A stretch of 64,000 nucleotides of DNA from the human T2T-CHM13v2.0 reference genome, Homo sapiens: assembly GCF_009914755.1 (NCBI RefSeq), contig NC_060933.1, one strand, 5' to 3'. The notes beneath the pieces are model-generated. The model was not told the DNA's origin, did not search any database, and saw nothing but the letters and a program-made list of their open reading frames with translations. Shown piece by piece: positions 1-13,430 of this stretch (position 1 is the stretch's first letter; every line of letters begins with the position of its first letter). The translations under genes and the position numbers were made by a program.

Positions 1-249
1 GCCACGTGTCATGGAATTAATGTTTTGCGACCTCACTTGAGTGTTGTCATACCAGACTGTAGGATCTAAATTTTTTATTGTTTTAGGGATCAAAGCAATA
101 ACATTTATCTGTGATGTGTAACTCCAGTAAGCTGTGAGGCCTTTACATTTGTTTTGAGATTCTAGCTAAAGTTTTAACCATAAACCGCAGATCGTCGCCC
201 ACAAGTGAGAGAAGATATCAGACATATGGTTGTCCTAACTAGAGAAGTA

Positions 250-375
250 GTGTTATTTCAGTTTTAGAGATGAAGACTGGACCTCAGAATTGGTAAGCAA
301 GCTGAAAATGTGACATATTAAGTGACTTTGCTGGAATTGAATCTTATGAGTCCTTAATTCCAAATCTGATGTTTT
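250..375 (-). mobile_element. MIR SINE fragment
   Basis: ttttagagatgaagactggacctcagaattggtaag...ctggaattgaatc...tccaaatc resembles the reverse complement of the MIR core. Confidence 0.6.
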
Positions 376-1234
376 GTGTCTGTATACAGTGAATATGGAG
401 ACATAACTAAATAGGATTTTTATAATTTCTGGCCATGTAAAAATTTATAGCTTAATAAGAAACATTAAAAACTTTTATATAAAGTTATATTTGTATAGAG
501 AAAAGTCATCCATTTTGGTGTATTTTCATCTACCTCTATTTACTTAGCCAGGAATGTTCTCAGACTCCATGACTCAGACACCTAAAATTTACTCATGTGA
601 TAAATTTTTGACACTCTCTACAGTGTTAAAAGTATTCATAAATACTCATAAGTTTTTGGCCTAGTTAAGCCTTATAACTAACTTAACTAGTTTTGAGATG
701 TTTTCTTTGTTCTGTTACAAAACAGCCTACTCAGCACTACACCATCCTCACGCTTGCTACATCTGTCAATTTTCTTCTACAGTTTCTTGTCAAACTGCCA
801 TTTTCCTCAACAGCCTCTATTAGACTCTCCACACCCCACGCCTGCACTGCACAGAAATGGCCTAAAATTCTAAACTGACGGAACCTTTAAATGCTCAGGC
901 ACATATATTTTTCTTTATTGCATTTACAGCGAAAATATCCAAAGCATAAAGATTATTTTAACAAAAGGCTATAAAATTTACATCATTTTAAAAATCATAA
1001 ATCCCATTTAGTTCTGCATAAGGGAATGATATAGCTACCATTATTTATTGACTTCATGACATCACTTATTCTTTTGCTTGGTTAGGACTTTGGTAGAGGC
1101 AAATGTTGAAAAATGTAGTCTGTATTTCACTTTATTTCTTAAACTTCTCTAATTGTCTACTATATGTCCACCTGGAAGATGTCATAAACATACAAATGCC
1201 CACGCTTCATGCTTGGAGGAGTTGACTGGCCACA

Positions 1235-1575
1235 GTTGGAATGGATTCTGGGAGTCTGTATTTATAACAAAGAGCATGTGATTCTGATGCCAGGGCCAAT
1301 TTGGAGTTGTCACAGGTCTAAATGCTCTACTGTTTACTTTCAGAATTCCTTGAAGGTGGGAAATATATCTTTGTCAACTAAAGAATGTCCTAATACTTAA
1401 TTGTGCATATGAGTCATCTGGGAATGGTGTTAAAATGTAGATTCTCATTCTGTAGGTCTAGGGCAGGGACTGGGAGTCTGCACTTCAGAAAAGCTCCCAG
1501 TTGATGCCAGTGTTGTTCATCTGTGGAACACAATTTGAGTGCCTCTTGCCTATATGGCTTTTAGAATAACCTTGA

Positions 1576-1631
<56 letters not shown>

Positions 1632-1755
1632 TCAATTAAATCAGGATCTTTAAGAGGGAGAAGTTAGGGCATAAGTTTATTTAAAACGATTCTCAGGTGA
1701 TTCTAAATTCACAGGTGATTGCATGTGTAACCAGGGTTCAAAACCAATGTCCTAA
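1235..1755. mobile_element. Cluster of three degraded MER5A/MER5B-type (hAT-Charlie) elements
   Basis: Three separate occurrences of the MER5 motif (gggagtctgta...gtgattctgatg, gggagtctgcac...cccagttgatg, ctcaggtgattct...ccagggttcaaaacc) at about 1250, 1470 and 1700. Confidence 0.65.
1579..1626. repeat. (AT)24 microsatellite
   Basis: Perfect AT dinucleotide run. Confidence 0.98.
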
Positions 1756-1950
1756 ATGAAAATGCAAGTGAGAAAGAAAACTAAAATTTCCCTTTTTTAG
1801 TTATCAGACTTTTAAAACTCATGCCACTTAAACTCCAGTGGTAGGCAAAGAAAACTTAGGCTGCCTAAATGCATATTTTTTATGCCAAGTAAAAATTTCT
1901 GTGAGTTCTTCTCTACTTTAAGTTCAGAGTCCAGGATTCAGGCATCTGCC

Positions 1951-1952
<2 letters not shown>

Positions 1953-1983
<31 letters not shown>
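1953..1983. repeat. (TG)15 microsatellite
   Basis: Perfect TG run. Confidence 0.98.
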
Positions 1984-1987
<4 letters not shown>

Positions 1988-2473
1988 CTACAATCAACTA
2001 TAGTTATCATAATCCTCTTTTACATATCATTGGTAGGTGAGTAATAGGGCAGATGTCTAGGGGCAGAGCCTTAATATTTATTTTGTGTGACTACAAATAC
2101 TCTGTGCTAGTGAATTACAAAGACTTGAATTGCTGTCCATGGTCCTGGTGCTGTGACCCACTTGTTTTCCTCAAATATAGTTGTTAACAGGTTGTCAAAG
2201 ACTTTTATTTATTTATTTATTTTTTACCTTATTGGCTCTTTCTCCATTCCCCTTTCTTATCTATGTATGAAATAAGAGAATATTATATTGTATATATTCT
2301 TAAAAGTACCAAAAGAGAGGGAAAGAGAGCTAGAAATATCAGGATATCACAAAGGGTTCTTTAGAGTAAAAGCAAAATAGTACTACCATTTCTCCCTGTC
2401 AGCAGAGCATTTCATTATGTGGAAATTTATAGTGACATAGGTAAGCTTGAACATGTCATTGCATATTTTATTT

Positions 2474-2505
2474 TTCATAAGATTATTCATAAGATTATTC
2501 ATAAG
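2474..2505. repeat. 12-bp tandem repeat ttcataagatta, about 2.7 copies
   Basis: ttcataagatta ttcataagatta ttcataag. Confidence 0.9.
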
Positions 2506-2599
2506 CTATTAACAGATATTTTTATAGCTGCCACTATTTATCAGAAAATTGCAGTTTTACTTTTTTTTCTATTCAAAAGCAAGTTCTTAAAACGAAATT

Positions 2600-3610
2600 C
2601 AGAATTCTATTTTTGGACATGGGAGTCCTGAACATGCCCTCCTACCACAAACCACTAGAAAACTGTAAAATAGAAGAAAGAACCATTCTCAAACATTGGA
2701 AACAGTTTAGGGCTGTTATCCATGATTTAAAAAAAAAAAGGAACATGATGGGCAATATGATATTCCCAGATTTCTCCCTGGAGACATAGTCTGGACCATG
2801 ACCCGGAAAGGGGGCTCCCAAGCAGAGCACATCAGTCTTGCTAAAATGGGATGACAGCAGTCAAGAGCTTGGAGAGGCTAAGGTAGCTGGTATTTGTAGG
2901 ACAGAATATGACAAGAAGAGAGAGAAATACAGAAAAGGAGCTTCATGGATCTGTATAGGAGTCACCTTGGGTCTACTGCTGAATATTAATCTGCACAGGC
3001 TAGCACAAAATTTTATCAGGCTGGTAAGGAATTACCAAACATATATAAGCTGAACACTTATCAGAGATTACATAGGACTGGGAGATATACAAGTTACAAC
3101 AAGCCAGATTGGAGACACTTTGTAAGCATGCCTCAGGGCATTCAACAGAGATTCCTGAAGGATAATACTTTAGTATTGGAACAAAGTAACACTAGACGAA
3201 AGACATCTCTAGAACAACCACCACAAAGCAAAAATAAATAAATAAATGGCCTCAAAAATATGAGACTGATCCACAAATTACTTAACCGACTGCAAAATAA
3301 ATTGCAATATTATTTAAAAGAAGGCAACATGCAAATATGTAATTTTACAATATCTGGCATCCAATAAATTATTAATTAAGATCCAAAGAGGCAAGAAGAA
3401 TGTGCCCTATTTACCGGGAGAAAAATTCAACAATAAAAAGAGACTTATCAACAACAGTAATAATATTAGCAGACAATTTTACCCTAGTTATTATAAATAT
3501 GCTCAATAATTTAAAAATATAAAAAATAATGTATAGATAAGTAAAAGATATAGAAAGCAAAATGAAAATTCTAGAGCTTACAAATGCAGTATCTCATTTT
3601 TTAAACAAAA
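2600..3610 (+). mobile_element. Ancient L1M (L1ME-like) 5' region fragment
   Basis: A-rich + strand, similar by eye to the reverse complement of 5600-6160 and 46600-47050, running into ORF1-like A-rich sequence. Confidence 0.55.
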
Positions 3611-3639
3611 TTCAAATTATTTCCAATATTCTTTACATC

Positions 3640-6160
3640 CTCTCACCATCCCACCTTGGAGACTTCAACTGAATGTTTGAAATGGTCCCTCAGCTCACTG
3701 ATGACGTTATCCATTACTTTCATCATTTTTTCTTTCTGCTTTTGATTTTGGTAGTTTCTAATGCTATGTAAGTCCACTACTTTTTCTTCTGTAATGCTTA
3801 ATCTTCTGTTCATCTCATCCAGTGTACTTGTCATTTCAAACATTGTAATTTTCATATATTGATGTTTGATTTGAGTCTTTTAAGTATTTTCCATGTATCT
3901 ACTTAACTTTCCAATCTTTCCTTGAATATATGGAATGCAGTTATAATTACCTTTTTAATGTTCTGATATACTAATTCTATCATGTATCATTTCTTGGTTA
4001 GTTTCAATTGAGTATTTTTTTCTCCTCGTTATAGGTCGTATTATTTTGTTTCTTATCATATCTTGATTGGATGACAGACATTGTGAATTTTACCCTATTG
4101 GTTGTTGGATGCTTTTGTATTTTTTTATTTTAAAATATTTAGTTGACAAGGATTAAATATATTCAAGGTGTACAATGTGATGATAAGGTATACATATATA
4201 TGTGTAAGGATTACTACAATCAAATTAATTAATACATTAACCACCACTTATGCCTTACTTTAAATTCCCCAGAACTTGTTCATCTTATACCTGAAAGTTT
4301 GTACTTTTTGACCAACATCTCCCCATATCCTTTTCCTCCCATCCACTGAAAACCACCCTTCTACTGTCTGCTTCTATGAGTTCAACATTTTCAGAGTCAC
4401 ATATAAGTAATATCATACAGGATTTATCTTTCTATGTCTGGGTTCTTTCACTTCCTATAATGTCTTCCAGGTTCAGACGTGTGTTGCAAATGGTTAGGAT
4501 ATCCTTCTTTTTTATTATTGAATAATATTCCATTATGAATATGTACCACAATTTCTTTATCCACTGTACCATCAATCTTTATCTCTGGATGGAAAATTAG
4601 GTTGTTTCTATATTTTGGCTATTATGAATAATGCTGCAATAAACACCAGGATGCATACATCTCTTTGAGATCCTGATTTCATTTCCTGTGGATACATACC
4701 CAGAAGTGAGGTTTCTAGACCATGTTGTAGCACTATTTTTATTTTTTTGAGGAAGCGCCACACTGTTTTCCAAAATGGTTGTACCAATTTACCTTCCTAC
4801 CCACAGAATAGAAAAGTTCCCTTTGTTCCACAACCTAATCAAAACTTGCCTTTTTCATAATAGCCAGCCTAATAGGTGTGGGGTGATATCTCACTGTGAT
4901 TTGATTTGCATTCCTCTCATGATTAGTGATATTGAGAAACTTTTCACATACATTTTTTCCATTTGTAGGTCTTTGGAAATATATCTACTGAAGTTATTTG
5001 CCCACATTGTAATTGAATTTTGGGTTTTGGTTTTTTTTGTTGTTGTTGTTATTGAGTTGTATGAGTTCTTCCTGTATTTTGGATATTAAATCCTACTAGG
5101 ACATATGATTTGAAAATATTTTCTCCGATTTAATTGATGCCTTTTTATTTTGTTGATAGTTTCCTTTGCTATGTGGAAACTGTTTTAGTTTGATGTAGTC
5201 CCACTTGTTTGTTTTGGCTTCTGTCGCCTGTGCTTCTTTTTTGTCATATCCAAAACATCATTGCCAAGGCCAAAGGCAAAGGGCTTTTTCCCTATGTTGT
5301 CGTCTAAGAGTTTTGTAGTTTCAGACCTTACGTTTCTTTTATATGGTACAGGACAAAGTTCCAATTCTTTTCTTTTGCCTGTGGATATCCAGTTTCCTCA
5401 AAACCATTTATTGAAGAGACTTTCCTTTCCTCATTATGTATTATTGGTGCCTTGGTATTAGTTAAATATCATTTAACTCTGTTCCTGAATAGCTTAGAAA
5501 CAGTTTACTTTTCAACTGTTAGGTGGAAATGGACCTGTTCAATCGGGAGCTAATTTTGCCCCATTAATGAGGTAAATGTCTTTTGGGAACGCTCTCCGAT
5601 GCCTTTTGAGTTATCAGGTTATCTGGTGTGGTTGATGAGAATGGGAACTATTTCAAGTGTGAGTTTCAGGGCTTGATCTCTTTAACCCTTCGGGTGGTTC
5701 TATCCCCAGGCTTGGATAGTTCCCTCACATTTGTGCATTCAGCTGAAGACTCTAGAGGAACCCTTTGCAGATCTCTGAGACACTCCCTCTGCACAACTGT
5801 CTCCTGTCAGGTATATGCTCTGCAAAGTTTAGCTGTCTCTGCCTTTCTGAACTCCCAACGTCATCTTCTCAACTCATAGAGAAGGCTAGGCTCCTTTTGG
5901 GAATTTCCTTCCTTTGCCAAAGGCTGTAAACCCTATGGCAAAGAGTTAAGGTGGTATGCTGGGGCAACTGCAGGCTCACCTCCTTTATTTCTCATCTCTG
6001 AGATTGCCATACTTTGTTGCCTGATAGGCATTGTCTTAAACACTGTTGTTTTATATTTTTTGTTTTTCTCTCTCTCTCTCTCTTTTTTTTTTTGTAATAG
6101 TTTTGGGTGGAAGTGTATATCCAGTTCCTCTAGTTTCCTTAGGCTGAAAGTGGAAATTCC
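3640..6160 (-). mobile_element. Ancient L1M 5'UTR/ORF1 fragment, interrupted by a younger L1MA at 4120-5460
   Basis: ORF 3643..3855 (-) MKITMFEMTSTLDEMNRRLSITEEKV resembles the L1 ORF1 coiled coil; old L1 5' sequence resumes after 5460. Confidence 0.65.
4120..5460 (-). mobile_element. 5'-truncated L1MA (L1MA8-10-like) 3' end
   Basis: T-rich tail, L1MA 3'UTR motif (attcaaggtgtacaatgtgatg...cttgttcatcttatacctgaaagtttgtac), then antisense ORF2 C-terminal sequence. Confidence 0.85.
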
Positions 6161-8284
6161 TTCCGCTCTAAAAAAAATCAGATTAAAGAAAAAAAATCCC
6201 ACTCCTTTTTCTGTAACTTATCTTCTATCATTAACTTTACATCTTCTTTTCTCAATTTGAGAGTAACACATTATAAAAATGTAGCTTCAACAGGGAGACT
6301 TTTTCAAAGACTCTTATTGTCTATTGTTAACTATTGACATGAGTTTTCTATTCATTCACTTCATTTTATTCTAAAACAGAGTTTTGTTAGGCTAATATAC
6401 TAATGGGTCCTTATGATAAAATATAGATAATACAGAAAGAAATTAAAAATAAATTTTAAAAATGTTTCTTGATAAATTGGTTTATAACATCTTTTCAAAA
6501 TACAGCTTGGTCAAACATAAATATTCCTAGTCACCACACAAAATAATTAATTAAAAACAGACAATAAAATGTCTAATTGGTGCCTTATTACACAAAAAGT
6601 CTATACTAAAATATAGACATTGAAGCCAAAAAAGGATTTTTAAAGAATCAAAGCAGATTAAAAACCAAAATTTCTTAGAAAATTGTATTCTACATTAACA
6701 AAAAATCCAGTTAAAATTATTCTGATGTATACAAAACTTGGTATGTTAAATAGCATTAAAAAACTGAATTTTTAGAAAATATATTTTATATATTCCACTG
6801 AAAGCAAGAAGCTGAATAGTTATTTGTAATTATGAATTTAGAATCAAATAAAGCAAAGAAGGCTGAAGGTGGAAATAAACATGAAAAATATACTAAAAAT
6901 GTCACATATGCCATGCAAGTGGTTGGATTGTTCTAAAACGATTCCCTGATTCACAGAAATCATCACTGTTGTGAAAAAATGTTAGAATGCTTTCAAGCAC
7001 TTCATTGTTTTGGATACTGTGTCAGAATCAACTAGTTTGGGGCCAATTTTTATTTGTCTTTATTGTTTATTTCTAAAAATGCTTCACAATGTTTATCCCT
7101 GTGAGAATCTACTTTAATCATATTAATTCATTTTTTCTTTTTAAAAGAATTATAGGCAAATTATATAATATATAAATCATATTACATACAATTTATTTGG
7201 AACATGCACATTTTAGGAAAATATGATGACCATCCGTAATTTACCTGCCATTCTCCCTTCATTAGTAATTATTAAAAAATGTGTTATTGTAAATGCTTAT
7301 TGAATCATTATTTGCAATTTAGGTTATGCCCTTTTTGTATTTCTTAAGTAGAACTTACTGGATTCAGTTTTAAGACAGTTTTTCATCTGCTTTTCACATG
7401 TTATAAAGTGGCTTTTCAAAATGTATGGACTGGACCCCAGTGAGCACATGTTTGTTTCACTGTTCTGTCTACAGAATGTCACTTCTTCAATGAATGCTAG
7501 TAGCTATCTTAAGTGTAGTTTCCCTTTGTACAAATAGCATTACCTGTCTTTGCCGTTGACCTTGTAGTTCACTTCTGTGCAAGTTACTCATACATTAGAA
7601 AAATTCCCTTATGAAGGTGACTTCATTGCTAAATCTTTCTAAATATGATCTACAAAATTTATAACACTGCAGAAAGTGATTGATAAGAGATAATCTTCTA
7701 AAGAATGTCATCCAAAGAAGGCTAGTTTGGGTATTGAAAGATAAATAGATTGATTTTTATTTTATATGTATTTCTTCACCATACCAAAATTTGTTGACTT
7801 CTTAACTGCCCAGTGAAAAAATAATATCACTCCTGTTTTATATTTCCAGGTAAGTGGCTCAAGGAAGTGAACTAATAGAGAATGCCACACCAGAGGATAT
7901 TAAATGCTCCTAGAAGTTGTTGTGGAGGAGAAATACTGAGCATTTCTCTTATTAAAACCCTTGGTAAAATATTCTGAAAGAGAAAGCAGATAGAAGTAGA
8001 TTTATTATCTTCATTTTAAAATAATTTCAGGAATTTCCTTGGAAGCTGCCTTTCGTGATGTTATTAAGGTCACTCATCGTATTTCCTGAAGTGCTGTTCT
8101 TCCTTCCTAGTTTCCTCTTTATTTCCTACTTTATGGCTTTTGTATATTGCTGGGCTACACTCTTTGGCCAAATTTTGTTTTTTAAAACAGAGAATTATAA
8201 AAGCAAAAGCTCACGTGAAAGTTAGTGATGTAATGGTTTTATGAATATTAACTAATTTTACCTTTAAACATTACTATGGGATGT

Positions 8285-8430
8285 GTACTGATATTTTACT
8301 TTAACAAAGAAGGAAATTTAGCTAGAAAATCTAAGTAACTTACTTAAGATTCCACATCTCTAACTGGTAGAGCCAGAAATTGAATTCATTGAGCCCTGAC
8401 TCCAGAATTTATGTTCACTGCTACTATACT
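8285..8430 (-). mobile_element. MIR fragment
   Basis: aagtaacttacttaagattccac...ggtagagccagaaattgaa...ctgactccaga. Confidence 0.7.
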
Positions 8431-11239
8431 TTTCAGGCTTTATGATTGTTTTGATAGTTCTTAATTCCAAGAAAATAAGGGAGGGAGGGTGAAAAACAGG
8501 AATAAAGGAAATAAGAAAGGAAGAAAAGAAGAACAGGCAACTGATCTACACTTGTGATGGAAAATTGCTTTTTTTTTTGCTCAACATCCCAGTTATCTAT
8601 CATTTTAATGTCACAGGACACAAACTGATTCTTCAGTTTGTTAGAGTATTGATTTCTTTAAATTTCTGCTGTGGTTGTTTCCAAATAAGATATTAATATT
8701 TAACAGCCATCTAAAGGAAAAGAGGTAGACAGTTTGACAGAAATTAAACTAGTGAGTTTGGAGGTGGACTGCAGTGGCACCACAGTATTCAAACTGGTTC
8801 TTGTTTTGTTCTGTGTTTTTTTGCATTGTTGTTTGTTTTGTTTGTTTGTTTGTTTGTTTTTAACATTGACTTTCTTGCTTTATTTCAATATGCTTAGCGT
8901 GGGCTTACTGAAGAAATTTTGAAAAAAAATCATGCACACAGATTTTTTTTTAATTGTTGGCTTCTTCATTCCTACCTTTTCTGGGGGAGAAAAACAGTGT
9001 GGAATACATATTTGGAAATAAGTGTGTACACCTAGACTCAGTATGTGAGACATGGACATAATAAAGTTCCAGCCAATTATTAAGCATCAAGGTTACAGAG
9101 TTTCAGTTCCTAAAAGCAATGTGACGTTGGAAATAACGAATGCAGATTTCAGTAACTAACCTATTCAACCAAGGAGGAAAAATCCAGATTTTTTTGAATT
9201 ATGGTGTATTCTAAGGAATGGTATTTTTAACTTTATTTTGAGATATTGTATTATTTTTCTTTCTATTAGGAAATACTCTTTTTACCTTTCCAGTGGAGCT
9301 TGTCTTCATTTAGCTTTAAAGCTAACTAGTTTTCTATTTGATATAAGATACTATTTCATTACTATTTTCAGTGCTGTTCAATGAATAGATTGCTTAGCTT
9401 ACATAATATATTCTCTGTTAAATGATACACCTCAATTTTATTAAAACCTTGATTTACAAAAAGCTGCTTTTGTGGGTTACTTTTTCCTTTAAAGTGAAAA
9501 AAACCTAATTCTATTTTGGGAAAAGAATATAGAAGTAGTAGATTCTGATTTTGTAGAATGTTGAGGGATATCATCCAATAGCAATAATAATGTATCCTGT
9601 TAAGTATGTTTAAACAGTAGACTGTATGTTAACACTGCTCCTCTTGAAATTACAACTTTCTCTTTACATCACATGATTTATTATGTAAACTTGAGTACAC
9701 TGACCATACAGATTTTTCTTATCTCTGTAGTAATTCACAAGAATGGCTTTTCTTTAATAATGATAGTGTATAGCATGCCTGTCAAATTTCTAAAATTGAT
9801 TTACAATTATTCCCATTAATCCTCCAAGCTTACCAATAAGGTAGGTGATGTGAGCTACCTAGCCACTGGAGGTAAGTGAAACAGAAACATGAAAAGTGGC
9901 TATTTCTAGTTTCTCCAGTAAGTGGCAAGAACTAGTAATGAAAATCTAAGCCCAAGGAACCAGTTAGTATCTGTGCCTTAACATATTCCTAACACAATAA
10001 TCTTAGAGTATTTGGAAAACACAATTTGAGGACAATGTGAAGTAATAATAGAGCAAGACTCTTCTGACCTTCGAGGGCACCTTTTGTCTATTAAATTGTT
10101 ATCCTTACAGAGCTTCTCCAACCCCATCCATTTCATAAAGATCAAGGCATGGTTTTCATAAAAACCGAGCTGGGTCAAAATACTCATGATTATTTAAAAC
10201 TTTGAAACAATACTCACAGGCCATACTCATTTCTTACTTGATATATTTATAAATATACTTTGACATTGATTATTTTCTGCTTCTACCACTAAACATCTGA
10301 CTTGTTTAAACTCACATTTGAGCATTTGGAAGCAAGAGCAGGCATGCAAAATATGTGATAGAATGTGATGTCCAAAATAACAAATTTTGAGGCTAATTTT
10401 TTTTTCTAAGTTATATATAACAATGCTTAACCTATTTGTGGTTAAGTATCACTGTAAGACTAATTAGATAATAAATTTAGGTAAGATAAATTTTACCAAG
10501 AAGTAGAGAGTAATATCTATGATAGAAGAAAAATACAACTTGTATTTATTTCTTAATGGTTGAGATCAATCTTTTACTATGAAATATATTATTTCAAAAT
10601 ATACTCATTCAAAATATGTTGTCATAGCCTTAATTACTTCCTATTTTGTTAAAGTAACTGGGAAATAATTTTGGGTCAGAGTTACAGAATAGTATTGAAA
10701 TACTCTATCAGACTTTATATCTTTTATGCAATAATTTATGGAGATTTCCTTTCGAGAGAGCAAATTAGCATTCCTAAAAACAAGGGCTAGCTTTTCTTTT
10801 GTTATTAACACCTAACATTCACTCTTGAAATTTTATCATAGTTTTACAAGTTACAATTAATCAAACCACTTTGCCACTAACTGGCAGTTGTTGCTAAAGT
10901 TTTATGGCAAGTATTTCCATTTATTAAAGGATGTACACTTTCATTTCTCTTGAATATTTATTTATCTTATAATGTTCATCTAACAGCAATTCAACACCTC
11001 TCTGCTTCCCTTTTTTGCATAAAGTGGATTCCTGTGTAATCAATAATTTCTAAGAGTACAAAGACTTAAGAGAGCAATGAATTCTCAAAGCTGAGGTTAT
11101 TCACAGCTCGGCTAACACACTTGTACTAACTGAACAAGTTCTCTTTCCACATTTTCAAATGTGTCTCTGTGTCTCTAACCACTCCTGTCCATTCACCCTC
11201 CCCCAATATTATTTATCTTTCCACTCCCACACCCTTTCT

Positions 11240-12000
11240 CATTGGCATCTTATCTATTCTTACAGTTCCAACCGCCATCTGTTGATATCTTCCTAATCTG
11301 TATCTTCAAAATAGACTTCTATTTCAGACTTGTATAATTTAATGGGAAGCAGATGTCTCACAGACACCTCAAGCTCAACGTCCTGTTCCCACCCTCTCAC
11401 TTTCTATTGAAACTGTCTCTGCTGTCTGTACTCCCTTCCTTGTTCTTTTGCACGTAAGTACGATCATACAAAACCCTATTTAATAGACACGATAAGACCC
11501 TTTAATGTCTGTTACTGACCACATTTAATTAGTCACTAAGTTTTGATAAATTACATATCCCAAAATGTTTCTGTTTCTACTTTTTATGTCTTTGGGTCAG
11601 TCCCTTATTTGTGTGTGTGTGAACATTAATATAGGATTTCTTGACCTCGACAATATTGACGTTTTGGGCTGGATAATTCCCTGTGGTGTCAGGCTGTCCT
11701 GTGCATTGTAGTATGTTTATAGTATTACGGACCTCTACTCAATAGATGTCAGTAGCACTCCCATCTTTTTCAGTTGTGAAAATAAAAATATCTCTAGATG
11801 TTGATAATTGACCCCTGAGGGGCAAAATCACCCTTTACTGAGAATAACTAAAATATTATAATACAATTGCTTATTAACTTGTTCCTGCATTTTTTCCAGT
11901 CCATCTTCCACAAAAGTTAATTTTTCAAAATTAACTCCCCTGTTTAAAACCTGTCAGTGACTCCACATGGCCTAAAGCCATTGCCCAAATGTCCTTAAGC
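11240..12000 (+). mobile_element. L2 LINE fragment, split by MER20
   Basis: gatgtctcacagacacctcaagctcaac and actcccctgtttaaaacctgtcagtgactcc are typical L2 3'-region motifs. Confidence 0.7.
11632..11850 (-). mobile_element. MER20 (hAT-Charlie), full length
   Basis: About 219 bp; tattgacgttttgggctggataatt...ggctgtcctgtgcattgtag...ggggcaaaatcacc matches the MER20 reverse complement. Confidence 0.92.
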
Positions 12001-13174
12001 CATTTATTGCCTCACTGATCCATTTTCTTTTGACTTGTGAATGTTACTCAAAAAGACAAGAGTTAACTCTGAAATCTTTGTATTTAATACAATACATGGT
12101 ACAGACATCCTAACAAACATTCTTACATTCTTAACGCTAATGTTTAACCATAACTTCTAGGTAGCTTTGACTAAATTTAGAAATATATTTAATTACCCCA
12201 AGTCTTTCTTTCCTTGATTTCTTGTATTATATTTCTGTATAGCTGGACCAGACAGAAGACTACAGTTCAATAAGAAGGAAACACATTCATTTTCAGTATT
12301 GTTAATAAAGAAGCTTACCTAAAAGAAGGAAATCAAAACAAGGTCTGTAAGCTGTAAATTTTAATTCCTATTCTCCTTTCCAAATTATGTTGAGAAAACA
12401 GAGAAACAAAAACAACTGCCCTACAGAAAGGACAGCATATATTTCAATGTACAATTCAGAAGCACCTGCATTAGTTAGAAATGCCATAGCAGTAACCTGA
12501 CCTATTGTTAGAAATTTAGCAAGTACATTTTTCATTGTTCCCCAGTGGGACTTTATGCCAACCAGTATTGATTGTGAGAGTTTCAAACTTCTATTAGATT
12601 CTACTGTCACTTAGTTGGTAATTATTTCAGCCCAACAATAAGATGATTTAGAGTTGTGAAAATAAATGGACGGAGGCTATGCAGACTGGGTTAAACTGCC
12701 CAATACTTGGGCAAGCCTTATCTGAGTTCTCTTTCTCCTTTGATATCAGAGCATGAAATCTTCCCAATATAGATATTTCTGTAAGACTTTTGCATTCTTA
12801 ACTTTTAATTAGTCATGGAAACCATTGCTTTAATTTCTTTAAAGTATGATATGTTCAATTGCTATAAGAACTTAATGTAACTCAGTAGAGTTCAGAGGGA
12901 TACCTAGAGTTTGCACAAACATAGACATAAAGTGATGTGAAGCAGGACCTAAGGTAAATGGGAAGGAATAAGTAGGCACTGGTAAAAAGGAGCATACACA
13001 GGAATAGAAATGGGATGTCACCTGGTTCCAATAAGTATATAGGATTTTACCTCTTTGAAATAGAGACTAGTAGAGATATTTTGTTTTGCTTCCTCTAACA
13101 TAGCATTTCTACTAAGCTCCTGTAAGCCATCTATTTCTTCCTCAGTTGGCAAGTGCATTTACAACTTTCATCAA

Positions 13175-13430
13175 TATAGTGTGTGTAAAAAGGGTGGGCT
13201 TTGGAGGCAGGCTGCTTATACTCAAATTCCAACTGTAGCACTTGCTAACCGTGTGGTGTTGGGTAAGTCATTTAACTTCTCTGTGCCTAGGTTTTCTCAT
13301 CTGAAAATTGTGGTGGTAATAATGCTACTGATCTCATAAGATTGTGATATTGAATTAATGACCCATGTAAAATGCTTATAACATTGCCTGCTAATGAGCA
13401 GCCATTCAATAAATGCCATCTATTACTATC
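13175..13430 (+). mobile_element. Near full-length MIR
   Basis: ttgggtaagtcatttaacttctctgtgcctaggttttctcatctgaaaat core and ttcaataaatg 3' end. Confidence 0.9.
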
